DNA of 64,000 nucleotides from Enterobacteria phage KhF2: sequence record KT184314.1; one strand, 5' to 3'. Shown piece by piece: positions 17,411 to 25,613 of this stretch (position 1 is its first letter; each line of letters starts with the position of its first letter). The notes under the pieces were generated by a model. It saw only the letters and a program-made list of their open reading frames with translations, ran no database searches and was not told where the DNA came from. The position numbers and the translations under genes were made by a program.

Positions 17411-17470
17411 TTTAGAATCTCCAGTTTAGGACTTTATTTAGTGGGGAGGTCATCCCTCCCGTTGATTAGT
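17411..17470. repeat. leader module, subfamily A
   Basis: Conserved sequence with other A copies. Confidence 0.7.
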
Positions 17471-17628
17471 AATTTACTTGTTTTGATAGCTGATTGCAAG
17501 CAATTTTTTAAGCTTATCTATAAAGAATCTTTTAAGTTAATCCCTTTTAGATAAACCCCCTCGAACAAAGTTACCAATGTCAAGGGGTATTGTCAACACT
17601 TTTTTAAAAGTTTTTTGTAAGTCATTGA

Positions 17629-17970
17629 TTAACTGATGAATATTTTTTCAGGTTTTACATAGCTGATACGCTGACTTTTTAGCAGGTCATCCCAGATTAA
17701 CGCGGCGATATGGGCATAACCGGATTCACGTAAAAGCTTCATTGTTTTACTTCTCGTTTCAAAACGGCTTGCGTAGTACTCACTATTTAAAACCGTTTTA
17801 TTCCCTTCGTTATCTGTATGGATGATTTGCATCACTTGAAAGGGGCTGACATCCTCGCCTTTGTTCCACTGCTCAAAGTATTTTAGGCACTGCATAGGTG
17901 ACATCTTATCACTTACTTGAGTTGACCAAGATGAATCTTCTTTATCGGTAATTACAGTTACATAAGCCAT
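17629..17970 (-). CDS. hypothetical protein (array gene 4)
   Basis: ORF track; leader module upstream. Confidence 0.55.
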   Translation of the reverse strand: MAYVTVITDKEDSSWSTQVSDKMSPMQCLKYFEQWNKGEDVSPFQVMQIIHTDNEGNKTVLNSEYYASRFETRSKTMKLLRESGYAHIAALIWDDLLKSQRISYVKPEKIFIS

Positions 17971-18061
17971 TTTAGAATCTCCTAGTTTAAGGACTTTATT
18001 TAGTGGGGAAGGTCATTCCCTCCCCGTTGATTGACAATTTACAGACTTTTATCAGGCTTGT
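17971..18061. repeat. leader module, subfamily A
   Basis: Conserved sequence with other A copies. Confidence 0.7.
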
Positions 18062-18295
18062 CTAGTCTTTTTCAATGATAATTTCATATTGACCATCGAC
18101 ACTGTCAAAATAGACGCCGTCTTCATCTTCTGTCTTAAAGTAGCATTGAATATCATCACTGGCGGGATAGTCTTGTCTTGCTATCTGGCAAACTTGAATA
18201 GCATTTTCTTTACTCCCTGTAAACTCCTCAAGCCCTTTAAAATCACATGAATGACCATTACAAATAGAAAGGATAAGATAAACGGTTGTAAGCAT
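18062..18295 (-). CDS. hypothetical small protein with hydrophobic N-terminus (array gene 5)
   Basis: ORF track; N-terminal MLTTVYLILSICNGHSC; upstream hairpin AGCCCCTGTGAGGGGCT is a divergent module. Confidence 0.5.
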   Translation of the reverse strand: MLTTVYLILSICNGHSCDFKGLEEFTGSKENAIQVCQIARQDYPASDDIQCYFKTEDEDGVYFDSVDGQYEIIIEKD

Positions 18296-18361
18296 GATTT
18301 AAGCCTCCTAAAAGCCCCTGTGAGGGGCTAATCAGTGTTTATAAGGTGATTGCATAGGTTT

Positions 18362-18904
18362 TTAGAAAAAACCCTTTAAATCCTCTTCTGCGATGTTTTC
18401 TGTCAGTGTATCCATGATGTCACAAAAAACCTGAATACTGTCCGATTGTTGAACACTTTTAGCAAGTAGTTCTAATGTCTCATCAAGATAGTTCATATTT
18501 GGGTTATCCAGTGAAGGAAGACAAAAAGGCGAATACATAGCGTTAAACTCTGTTGTATAGACCTTTTTAATCCAATTTATATCAAAATACTCTGTAAAAC
18601 TTGCTACACTCGACATATTATCACAAGAATAATCGTCGTTTAGTTCAGCCTCTGGAATATCAAGTTCTAGGATAACAATATTTTGTGTCTTCATCTGGAA
18701 AGCTGCGGTGATAGTGGCATTGCCTAAAGCTTGCTGGATACCTTCAGAGATTATTTCTTCCTCATCGTCGCCATAGATTTTATTTTCTGGATACACGTAA
18801 AAATTGCCGTCCATATCCGAACAATTCCATGCGCCTGATGGTTTATCACCGTTATTAATCAGGTTGAGGAAATTTTCTTGAGTAGTTCCGTGATAGCATT
18901 TCAT
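18362..18904 (-). CDS. hypothetical acidic protein (array gene 6, 180 aa)
   Basis: ORF track; subfamily B module upstream. Confidence 0.55.
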   Translation of the reverse strand: MKCYHGTTQENFLNLINNGDKPSGAWNCSDMDGNFYVYPENKIYGDDEEEIISEGIQQALGNATITAAFQMKTQNIVILELDIPEAELNDDYSCDNMSSVASFTEYFDINWIKKVYTTEFNAMYSPFCLPSLDNPNMNYLDETLELLAKSVQQSDSIQVFCDIMDTLTENIAEEDLKGFF

Positions 18905-18991
18905 TTTTGAATCTCCTAGTTTAAGGATTTAGTGGTAAAGCTCTTTATCTGGGGCTTACTTTATCGAACTATAAGCCCCTTGTAAAGTACT
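18905..18991. repeat. leader module, subfamily B (hairpin GGGGCTTA...TAAGCCCC + conserved RBS)
   Basis: Near-identical to copies at 21711-21797 and 22092-22177. Confidence 0.7.
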
Positions 18992-19240
18992 TTATTTAAC
19001 TTTCTTTGAGAAAATTAGTTTAACTGCAACCGTAGGAACCTCGTCAGCGATTGTAACCAGCATCACTTTTTGAGTGACCAACTTATAACCGTTCTTTGCA
19101 GCGTATGCGGTAAAACGGTTGACATTGTAACTATAAGTTTTTGGTGTGTTATCTGGCATGTGGTAAATGAAAGGTTTACCCAAATTTTCTTCTTGTGTCA
19201 ATAATCTACAGGTATCGGGAATGTTAAAGTAGTTCATCAT
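18992..19240 (-). CDS. hypothetical small protein (array gene 7)
   Basis: ORF track; module upstream. Confidence 0.55.
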   Translation of the reverse strand: MMNYFNIPDTCRLLTQEENLGKPFIYHMPDNTPKTYSYNVNRFTAYAAKNGYKLVTQKVMLVTIADEVPTVAVKLIFSKKVK

Positions 19241-19326
19241 TTTTAGAATCTCCAGTTTAGGATTTAGTGGTAAAGCTCTTTATCTGAGGCTTAAGTTATC
19301 AACTTTTAAGCCCCTTGTAAAGTACT
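19241..19326. repeat. leader module, subfamily B
   Basis: Conserved sequence with other B copies. Confidence 0.7.
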
Positions 19327-19530
19327 TTATTTGTTATTTTTGACAACTTTTAAAACTGCAAGATAGCCTAAGCAATAAGAATCACCGAAGAGAGTCCTAC
19401 CCATGAAAGAATCCTCTTTGATATCCTTTGCAGTGACAGTTTTTTCTACGCCGTGGGAAAGGACTATATCACCAACTTTGATATCTTTGATGTGTGTAGT
19501 TTCAATGGTTAAACCATTAATAATAGCCAT
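19327..19530 (-). CDS. hypothetical small protein (array gene 8)
   Basis: ORF track; module upstream. Confidence 0.5.
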   Translation of the reverse strand: MAIINGLTIETTHIKDIKVGDIVLSHGVEKTVTAKDIKEDSFMGRTLFGDSYCLGYLAVLKVVKNNK

Positions 19531-19631
19531 TTTGGAATCTCCAGTTTAGGACTTTATTTAGTGGGGAAGGTCATTCCCTCCCCGTTGATGTGTAATTTAA
19601 TCTATCTAAAAACCAGTGTCAACAAAATTTT
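19531..19631. repeat. leader module, subfamily A
   Basis: Near-identical to copy at 20396-20484, including the flanking 40 bp. Confidence 0.7.
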
Positions 19632-20036
19632 TTAGAGTTCTGCATAAATTGCATCACAGATATCGCGGAAGTCATGATTAGTCAAATTACGCTGCAACCA
19701 AGTGGCGAAAAAGTCAGCGATTGCAAAGTTAGCATCATACTCGACAGATAGCCACACTTTAACAGCAAATCGGAACATTTTCAAATCTAACTCTTTATTC
19801 ATTACCTTAGATTTGCCTAACATGTCGGACATTTCATATTGCGCACCGTCTAGTGTGATACCTGCTGCAACGTCAGCCAATGAATTTTTTACGTTTCCAA
19901 CGTCTAAAATAACGCTTTGAATCTTTCCGATAATGTTGTGCAATGTCTCATCAGGCGCTGATGATGTCATAATGTTGATTCGATTAACGGTCAAACGTGC
20001 TTTTAAGGTTGATAATTCACGGTTATTAATAGCCAT
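19632..20036 (-). CDS. hypothetical protein (array gene 9); start moved to second Met
   Basis: ORF track start at 20051 would translate the conserved RBS (GGAGAAC) as MENLK; Met at 20036 follows the RBS at normal spacing. Confidence 0.5.
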   Translation of the reverse strand: MAINNRELSTLKARLTVNRINIMTSSAPDETLHNIIGKIQSVILDVGNVKNSLADVAAGITLDGAQYEMSDMLGKSKVMNKELDLKMFRFAVKVWLSVEYDANFAIADFFATWLQRNLTNHDFRDICDAIYAEL

Positions 20037-20122
20037 TTTTAAGTTCTCCAATTTAGGATTGAGTGGTAAAGCTCTTTATCTGGGGCTTAAGATATCAACT
20101 CCCAAGCCCCATGTAAAGTACT
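20037..20122. repeat. leader module, subfamily B
   Basis: Conserved sequence with other B copies. Confidence 0.7.
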
Positions 20123-20395
20123 TTACATTAAATGCAGTTTTTTGCCTTTTACTATAATGTAACTCGATGCGCTATTGCTTTGCACATCCTGATAAATTCT
20201 GCGCAAACGTCCTTCGTAGTGTACTTTCCAACTGGTTGGAATCTTTTTACCGTATCCCGTAGCAGTTTTTTGGAGTCCTGCTACTTGCCAATCTAAGATA
20301 TGAGTTTCAGCCTGTAAATCCTCAAAGTGCATGACACCATCTACATAGTGACGTAGTGTGACATTTAAAGTACGACCGTTGTTAGTAGTATACAT
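20123..20395 (-). CDS. hypothetical small protein (array gene 10)
   Basis: ORF track; module upstream. Confidence 0.55.
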   Translation of the reverse strand: MYTTNNGRTLNVTLRHYVDGVMHFEDLQAETHILDWQVAGLQKTATGYGKKIPTSWKVHYEGRLRRIYQDVQSNSASSYIIVKGKKLHLM

Positions 20396-20484
20396 TTTGG
20401 AATCTCCAGTTTAGGACTTTATTTAGTGGGGAAGGTCATTCCCCCCCCCGTTGATGTGTAATTTAATCTATCTAAAAACCAGTG
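20396..20484. repeat. leader module, subfamily A
   Basis: Near-identical to 19531-19631. Confidence 0.7.
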
Positions 20485-20817
20485 TCAACAGTTTTGTTTT
20501 CGTTTGCTCAATTCTTGAACAATTACAGCGTAGTAGTCTTTTAAGTCACTGACATTTAAAGCATTTATCAGAGAATTATAATCATCAACTAACTGAAAAT
20601 CATCTTTGAAGATGTCACTTATCTGATAGGTTTTCGCTTTGTATCTGAAGCTCATCTCTAGCCGCTTTATTTGCTCATCACTGAGACGCCCTAGAAAGCT
20701 CTCTACAAGGTTATTGCTGACCTGCTGTGTGATTGCCTTATTTGCTAGATTATAGGCTTTATATGCCTTATATAGCGCGAAAATGGCAATGATTGCAGTG
20801 ATACCAGTCATTAACAT
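20485..20817 (-). CDS. hypothetical membrane-anchored protein (array gene 11)
   Basis: ORF track; N-terminal hydrophobic helix; overlaps upstream gene by 7 nt (no module). Confidence 0.5.
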   Translation of the reverse strand: MLMTGITAIIAIFALYKAYKAYNLANKAITQQVSNNLVESFLGRLSDEQIKRLEMSFRYKAKTYQISDIFKDDFQLVDDYNSLINALNVSDLKDYYAVIVQELSKRKQNC

Positions 20818-21107
20818 GGTGTTTCCTCTTTACGTGATACTTTGCCATTTACAGTTATCTCATAGGATTCTAATAAATCGCTTTTAGACTTTACAGGACT
20901 TTTAAAAGTATCATCATAAATATTAACTTGCAATACAGGTTTTTTATATTCCCTGCAACTATTCCATAAGCAAATCACTACACGACGGCCTTTTATTTTG
21001 CCGTGTAACCATTCCATAACATCATGACTATTTCTTGATGTCTCGATAAAATCAATTTTGTTGAGTAACTTGCTTAGATTTTCACGAACTTTATTCGATA
21101 ATTTCAT
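20811..21107 (-). CDS. hypothetical small protein (array gene 12)
   Basis: ORF track; module upstream. Confidence 0.55.
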   Translation of the reverse strand: MKLSNKVRENLSKLLNKIDFIETSRNSHDVMEWLHGKIKGRRVVICLWNSCREYKKPVLQVNIYDDTFKSPVKSKSDLLESYEITVNGKVSRKEETPC

Positions 21108-21197
21108 TTTAGAATCTCCAGTTTAGGGGTTAATTTGATAAAGCTCTTTATCTGGGGCTATCATATCAGCTTGTTAGCCCCGTGTAAAGAGGTCTAT
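21108..21197. repeat. leader module, subfamily B (divergent copy)
   Basis: Hairpin GGGGCTAtcatatcagcttgtTAGCCCC and conserved RBS block. Confidence 0.65.
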
Positions 21198-21710
21198 TTA
21201 GTTCTTAAAGATATTCATCACTGAGTCTTTTAATGATTCCAAACGTTCTAATACTTCAGATTCTGCGTCTGAGTTGTTCACTTCTTCTTTCAGTCTGTCA
21301 TCTAAATCATCGCCGTCACTATAGCACCAATCGAAAGCGTAACCAATATAAAAACTGTCTAAAATTGTTTGACCATTTGCATCGACAACTTTCGCGGCAA
21401 GGTTGTATTCTGAAGCCTCTAAATCTCTTTCTAATTCTTTCTGTAAGCTTGTGTAAGCCTCTTTTGATGGATTTTCCCGGCCTTGTTTTGCATAGTCACT
21501 TGAAAGCTGTTTAAGGCTGTAATGTAAAGGGATTGCATATTTAAATTCATTACGCTGACAGTTAGGATTTTTAACAGTCACGCCGCCTTGATGGTCATCT
21601 GTAAACTTCCAATTATCAAGATTATGGCTTGCTTCGTAGCAATTAACAGCTTCGTAAATGATGGAAAATTTTTCTTTTACAACTTCAAAGGTAGCGTCTA
21701 CAGTTTTCAT
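21198..21710 (-). CDS. hypothetical acidic protein (array gene 13, 170 aa)
   Basis: ORF track; module upstream. Confidence 0.55.
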   Translation of the reverse strand: MKTVDATFEVVKEKFSIIYEAVNCYEASHNLDNWKFTDDHQGGVTVKNPNCQRNEFKYAIPLHYSLKQLSSDYAKQGRENPSKEAYTSLQKELERDLEASEYNLAAKVVDANGQTILDSFYIGYAFDWCYSDGDDLDDRLKEEVNNSDAESEVLERLESLKDSVMNIFKN

Positions 21711-21797
21711 TTTTGAATCTCCTAGTTTAAGGATTTAGTGGTAAAGCTCTTTATCTGGGGCTTACTTTATCGAACTATAAGCCCCTTGTAAAGTACT
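21711..21797. repeat. leader module, subfamily B
   Basis: Near-identical to 18905-18991 and 22092-22177. Confidence 0.7.
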
Positions 21798-22091
21798 TTA
21801 TTTGTTAATTTTCAGCTTTGCATAACTTCTCATTGTACGAATGGGGGATGTTAATGCTACGCGTCTAATGTATGCCTTTTTCGTGTATACAGTTGTCTTC
21901 CCGATAGTGTTTACACATGTAAAAAGGTTTATCGGTGAATTTTTTAACTTCAACTGTTTATCAACCTTCACGCCCCACCTTACAGCAGATTGTTTTCCGT
22001 TGTCAACCACTTTCCCGCATAACTTTTTAGCCATGATACGAGCGTCATCACGAGTCTTTGCGGTAATTACAACGTTTTTGATAATAGCCAT
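21798..22091 (-). CDS. hypothetical basic protein (array gene 14); start moved to second Met
   Basis: Same MENLKMAI leader artefact as gene 9; RBS-proximal Met at 22091. Confidence 0.5.
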   Translation of the reverse strand: MAIIKNVVITAKTRDDARIMAKKLCGKVVDNGKQSAVRWGVKVDKQLKLKNSPINLFTCVNTIGKTTVYTKKAYIRRVALTSPIRTMRSYAKLKINK

Positions 22092-22177
22092 TTTTAAGTT
22101 CTCCAATTTAGGATTTAGTGGTAAAGCTCTTTATCTGGGGCTTACTTTATCGAACTATAAGCCCCTTGTAAAGTACT
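22092..22177. repeat. leader module, subfamily B
   Basis: Near-identical to 18905-18991 and 21711-21797. Confidence 0.7.
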
Positions 22178-22561
22178 TTATTTGTTAATTTTGAAGATAG
22201 TTACATAACCATCGCTGCCGATTATTTGAGATACTCCAGCTTTTTCCACTGAATAGCCCATATTTTCAAGATGATAAACAGCATCATCATAACCATATGC
22301 GCCACCCTGATAACGTCTCTTATCGCATCTTATCAGGTTTTTACCACGTCCTGCAAGTGCATTCAGTACAGCTTTTTCACTTGATAGTGTACCATCTAAC
22401 ATGGTTGCCGTGTAATGGTTGATTTTATTCCCGTTAATATCATACTTAAAATTGAATGCGTGAACAACAATCAATTTGCCGTTAAATTTTTCATCAAGTG
22501 ACTTCTCCAGTGCGTTGCGGAAGTTGTCTTTGTTGATGAATTTCGGTGCACGATAAGCCAT
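22178..22561 (-). CDS. hypothetical protein (array gene 15)
   Basis: ORF track; module upstream. Confidence 0.55.
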   Translation of the reverse strand: MAYRAPKFINKDNFRNALEKSLDEKFNGKLIVVHAFNFKYDINGNKINHYTATMLDGTLSSEKAVLNALAGRGKNLIRCDKRRYQGGAYGYDDAVYHLENMGYSVEKAGVSQIIGSDGYVTIFKINK

Positions 22562-22649
22562 TTTTAAATCTCCTAGTTTAAGGGTTAATTTAGTAAAGCT
22601 CTTTATCTGGGGCTTAAGATATCAGCTTTTAAGCCCCCTGTAAAGTACT
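22562..22649. repeat. leader module, subfamily B
   Basis: Conserved sequence with other B copies. Confidence 0.7.
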
Positions 22650-22871
22650 TTATTTGTCGTAGTAGTAAATCGCTGTCTGCCTTGTAAATTTCTTAGTGTT
22701 TCTTGTAAGGTAGCAATTAGAATTAATAGCCGTTTCTACATAGTTGCAATAGTCGGCTTCTGATATTCTGGACCATACGCCACAAATTTGCATGTAAAAA
22801 CGTTTTACCTTTGTGTTAACGTTAGTTGTAACCATCAATTCACGACTGTAAAGCATTATTTCGCGCTCCAT
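22650..22871 (-). CDS. hypothetical small protein (array gene 16)
   Basis: ORF track; overlaps upstream gene by 16 nt. Confidence 0.5.
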   Translation of the reverse strand: MEREIMLYSRELMVTTNVNTKVKRFYMQICGVWSRISEADYCNYVETAINSNCYLTRNTKKFTRQTAIYYYDK

Positions 22872-23044
22872 TTCTCAAAGAGTTCAGCAGGGAAACGTTC
22901 GCTATACCCTTTTAAGGAAAAAGTATTATCTTTGTGGATAGCTTCCACCTGATAAACCTTATAAGAGCGTATAGTTAGCATTTTGTAAGAGTATTCGTGC
23001 TTAATGTTAACCTCATCGCCAACTTTAATTTTTCTTGATGCCAT
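22856..23044 (-). CDS. hypothetical small protein (array gene 17, first in operon)
   Basis: ORF track; subfamily A module upstream. Confidence 0.5.
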   Translation of the reverse strand: MASRKIKVGDEVNIKHEYSYKMLTIRSYKVYQVEAIHKDNTFSLKGYSERFPAELFEKWSAK

Positions 23045-23110
23045 TTTTGAATCTCCAGTTTAGGATTTTATTTAGTGGGGAAGGTCATTCCCTCCCCGTT
23101 GATGTAAATA
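23045..23110. repeat. leader module, subfamily A
   Basis: Conserved sequence with other A copies. Confidence 0.7.
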
Positions 23111-23257
23111 TTAGATAACCACGTTCAAAGAGTCAATAAAAATTTTAAAAATATTTTTGGCAAAACTGTAATGAAACGGGTGCGCACGACTACCACAAAA
23201 CAGAACGCAAATCAAGAATTATTTTTCAATCCGCTACAAATTTTTCTATTGACTTTT

Positions 23258-23505
23258 GGGGAGAGGGGGAGTAAGAGGGGGAGAGGGGTTGGGCTGGCTG
23301 TCTATAAAAACCTACCTGCACAATTCTAAAATGATTTTTCTTGCCCGACCTGAGCGGGGTCTGCACGTTTTGAAAATGAAAAAGCTCTTTGGAGATTACC
23401 TGCACAGTTTGAAAATGAATTTTCTCTTTGGAGTTCAAAATTCTCTCTACAGATTTCTCTACAGAGATATACCTGCACAATTCTGAAATGAAAAAGCCCT
23501 CCTTA
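23258..23505. repeat. purine-rich tract (GGGGAGAGGGGGAGTAAGAGGGGGAGAGGGG) followed by 3-4 direct repeats of an about 35 bp unit (ACCTGCACA.TT.T.AAATGA...)
   Basis: Direct repeat copies near 23313, 23396 and 23471 with a partial copy near 23358; the short overlapping ORFs on both strands look spurious. Confidence 0.5.
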
Positions 23506-23564
23506 CCTGAAAAATTTACCAGATAAGAAAGGCTTAGTCTATTGTGAATATCCTACGAAGTTTC

Positions 23565-24350
23565 TTAGCTCTTTGCGTCTAAGAAGGTAACTTCTGGCGA
23601 AGAGAAAACTGTCTCGATATCCTCATCAGTTCTTGCATAGATGTAAGTATCTGCATCACTGCCAAATGTTACTGCAATCCTGTGATTGCTCTTCGACAGG
23701 TGGGTAACTAGAGCGTTACTTAGAGACATCTTTTCAACCGGAGGGTTACTTTGATGTATCTTACCTTTTCTTCGTCTGAAGAGGGTAACTGCATTATCCG
23801 TGAACACAACTACACCTGCAAAGTATTCTGGTTCACAGTAGTTCTTCCAACCTGAGCGTAACTTGTGGTACATCTCTCCTTCATAGACATATAGATAAAC
23901 ATCTACACTCTTCATCACCTGATTAATGATAACTGTGACGGCTTGAGGGTCTAGCCCACCGATACCTGCACCAATCATAGGTAACCCGACTTTCTTCAAC
24001 TGATTGACTTCACAGTATCTGTTAAGCTGTTTCAAAGATGACTCTAAAGCACTGTATCGGGCATCTTTACCAGTCTTAAGCTGAGTGTAAAGGTTAGCTA
24101 TACGACCTTGTTTTAAACGTGCTACAGAGAAATTACCCAGTAAATTTTCACAGGGTTTGTGTCCTATACCACCTGCATATAGATAAACTTCTGTATCGGT
24201 CTCATATGCTTTTGGGTAAAGTTTAGAAATCTTGTCAGCGATACCTGCACCCATTAAATTCATACAGTTGCAACCGTGACCGATGATGTCAAACTTACCT
24301 TTATCAAATGCGGCAAAGATATCACCATTGATTATTTTTACAATACCCAT
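23565..24350 (-). CDS. macro-domain protein (ADP-ribose binding/processing fold) with C-terminal extension
   Basis: N-terminal IINGDIF...DIIGHGCNCMNLMGAGIA matches the macro-domain pattern (GDI...N.....G.GIA). Confidence 0.55.
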   Translation of the reverse strand: MGIVKIINGDIFAAFDKGKFDIIGHGCNCMNLMGAGIADKISKLYPKAYETDTEVYLYAGGIGHKPCENLLGNFSVARLKQGRIANLYTQLKTGKDARYSALESSLKQLNRYCEVNQLKKVGLPMIGAGIGGLDPQAVTVIINQVMKSVDVYLYVYEGEMYHKLRSGWKNYCEPEYFAGVVVFTDNAVTLFRRRKGKIHQSNPPVEKMSLSNALVTHLSKSNHRIAVTFGSDADTYIYARTDEDIETVFSSPEVTFLDAKS

Positions 24351-24641
24351 TTAACATCTCTCCCAAGATTCTTTATCTTCTGAAGGTTTTACACGTTGCC
24401 CCTCATGGTCTACCCAGATACATCCACAACCTTCACAGATTACTGGCATTGCATAACCAGCTTTAAAGTCATCTTCAGTGATAAGACCTTTTAAGTCACC
24501 TGTATCACGTCCAAACATTTCTATAGAACAGTCTTTGCAGAAGTCAGCCATTGATAATTGCCTCTTGAATGATGATACCTTTACCACAACGGCTTTTAAA
24601 GTCTTCCAATGGTTGGGAGATGAAGCCACGCAAGCAATCAC
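24351..24641 (-). CDS. hypothetical Cys-rich small protein
   Basis: ORF track; CxxC...CEGCGC. Confidence 0.45.
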   Translation of the reverse strand: MIACVASSPNHWKTLKAVVVKVSSFKRQLSMADFCKDCSIEMFGRDTGDLKGLITEDDFKAGYAMPVICEGCGCIWVDHEGQRVKPSEDKESWERC

Positions 24642-24745
24642 TAAATACTAAGTTTTTCCTGTAGGCTATCACATCGTTTGCTGTAAACGGGATGACTTCA
24701 TTTCTTCCAATGAATACTGCTGACCGGATGAGTTTCCGTGTCTTT

Positions 24746-25072
24746 TTATCTCTGGCTAGAATTACTCTCATAATTTACCTTCTCAGTTAGCTCATATAAA
24801 TCAACATGCTCAATACTATCAATGTTGATATCAATCTTTTTGAAGCGTTCTATCACTTCGTTGTCAGTCATCCATATCAGACACCAATGATTCTGAATGG
24901 ATTCTTCAAGAAGGTCAACACAATCTTTAAAAGTTTTTGTATCACTTCTCGTTCCAACTACTGCGATTGTTCCATATAGCCACCCACCATTGCCATAAGA
25001 TACTTGCGCTACGCCAACTTCTTTACCTTTCTCGTAGTAAACGGCTACAAAGTCTCTTCCATTAATCTGCAT
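24746..25072 (-). CDS. hypothetical protein
   Basis: ORF track. Confidence 0.45.
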   Translation of the reverse strand: MQINGRDFVAVYYEKGKEVGVAQVSYGNGGWLYGTIAVVGTRSDTKTFKDCVDLLEESIQNHWCLIWMTDNEVIERFKKIDINIDSIEHVDLYELTEKVNYESNSSQR

Positions 25073-25074
25073 AG

Positions 25075-25347
25075 TTACTTCCTCGTTTTGAGAACTGCTA
25101 AGATTTCTTTAGAGTCTGGTAAGAACCATGTGTAGTGATTCTCTTTGATTTCTGGATGAGTGTCAACCTTTATTTTGCACTCTTTACCAACATGCTTAAG
25201 CTGTGCTGTGATACCTTGCATAAAGATGTGACACATTACATTATCCATAATCGTAGGTAAGAAATCAATCCTCATGTAAGTATCTTTCGGTCTCGGTAGA
25301 AGTAAGTAACCTTCTGTGTAGAAAGTTTCATCATTACTTTGTGTCAT
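25075..25347 (-). CDS. hypothetical protein
   Basis: ORF track. Confidence 0.45.
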   Translation of the reverse strand: MTQSNDETFYTEGYLLLPRPKDTYMRIDFLPTIMDNVMCHIFMQGITAQLKHVGKECKIKVDTHPEIKENHYTWFLPDSKEILAVLKTRK

Positions 25348-25613
25348 TACTGCTTATTCCCTAATAAAATCATATCAATAAGGTTATTAGCTTTGATTGT
25401 GCACTGGTAAAATCCATCACGATAGAACTCAAGGGCTGCTGCCACATCACTACCAGTATTACCTTTGATAGTAAATCTTGAATCTTCTTGAGTGTACTTA
25501 TCACTCTCACTTACTTGGGAGTTTTTGAATGTACTGTTCACTTTGTTCGTTGAACACCCTGACATAATTATCAGTAACACAAACATTATAAAACTCTGGC
25601 TTAGTTTTTTCAT
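25347..25613 (-). CDS. putative o-spanin (outer-membrane lipoprotein), overlapping the 3' end of the upstream gene in another frame
   Basis: Signal peptide plus lipobox (LLIIMSGC); 107 nt out-of-frame overlap with 25507..25854, as in Rz/Rz1-type spanin pairs. Confidence 0.45.
   Translation of the reverse strand: MKKLSQSFIMFVLLIIMSGCSTNKVNSTFKNSQVSESDKYTQEDSRFTIKGNTGSDVAAALEFYRDGFYQCTIKANNLIDMILLGNKQ

Noticed and set aside
16484-23110. Regularly spaced repeats that could be mistaken for a CRISPR array
   Set aside because: Repeats are 65-100 bp and of two types, not 25-40 bp identical units; the intervening sequences are 190-540 bp protein-coding ORFs with RBS and start codons, not spacers.
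23226-23486. Overlapping ORFs 23226..23480 (minus) and 23256..23486 (plus)
   Set aside because: They sit in a low-complexity purine tract and direct-repeat region; their composition reflects the repeats, not coding sequence.
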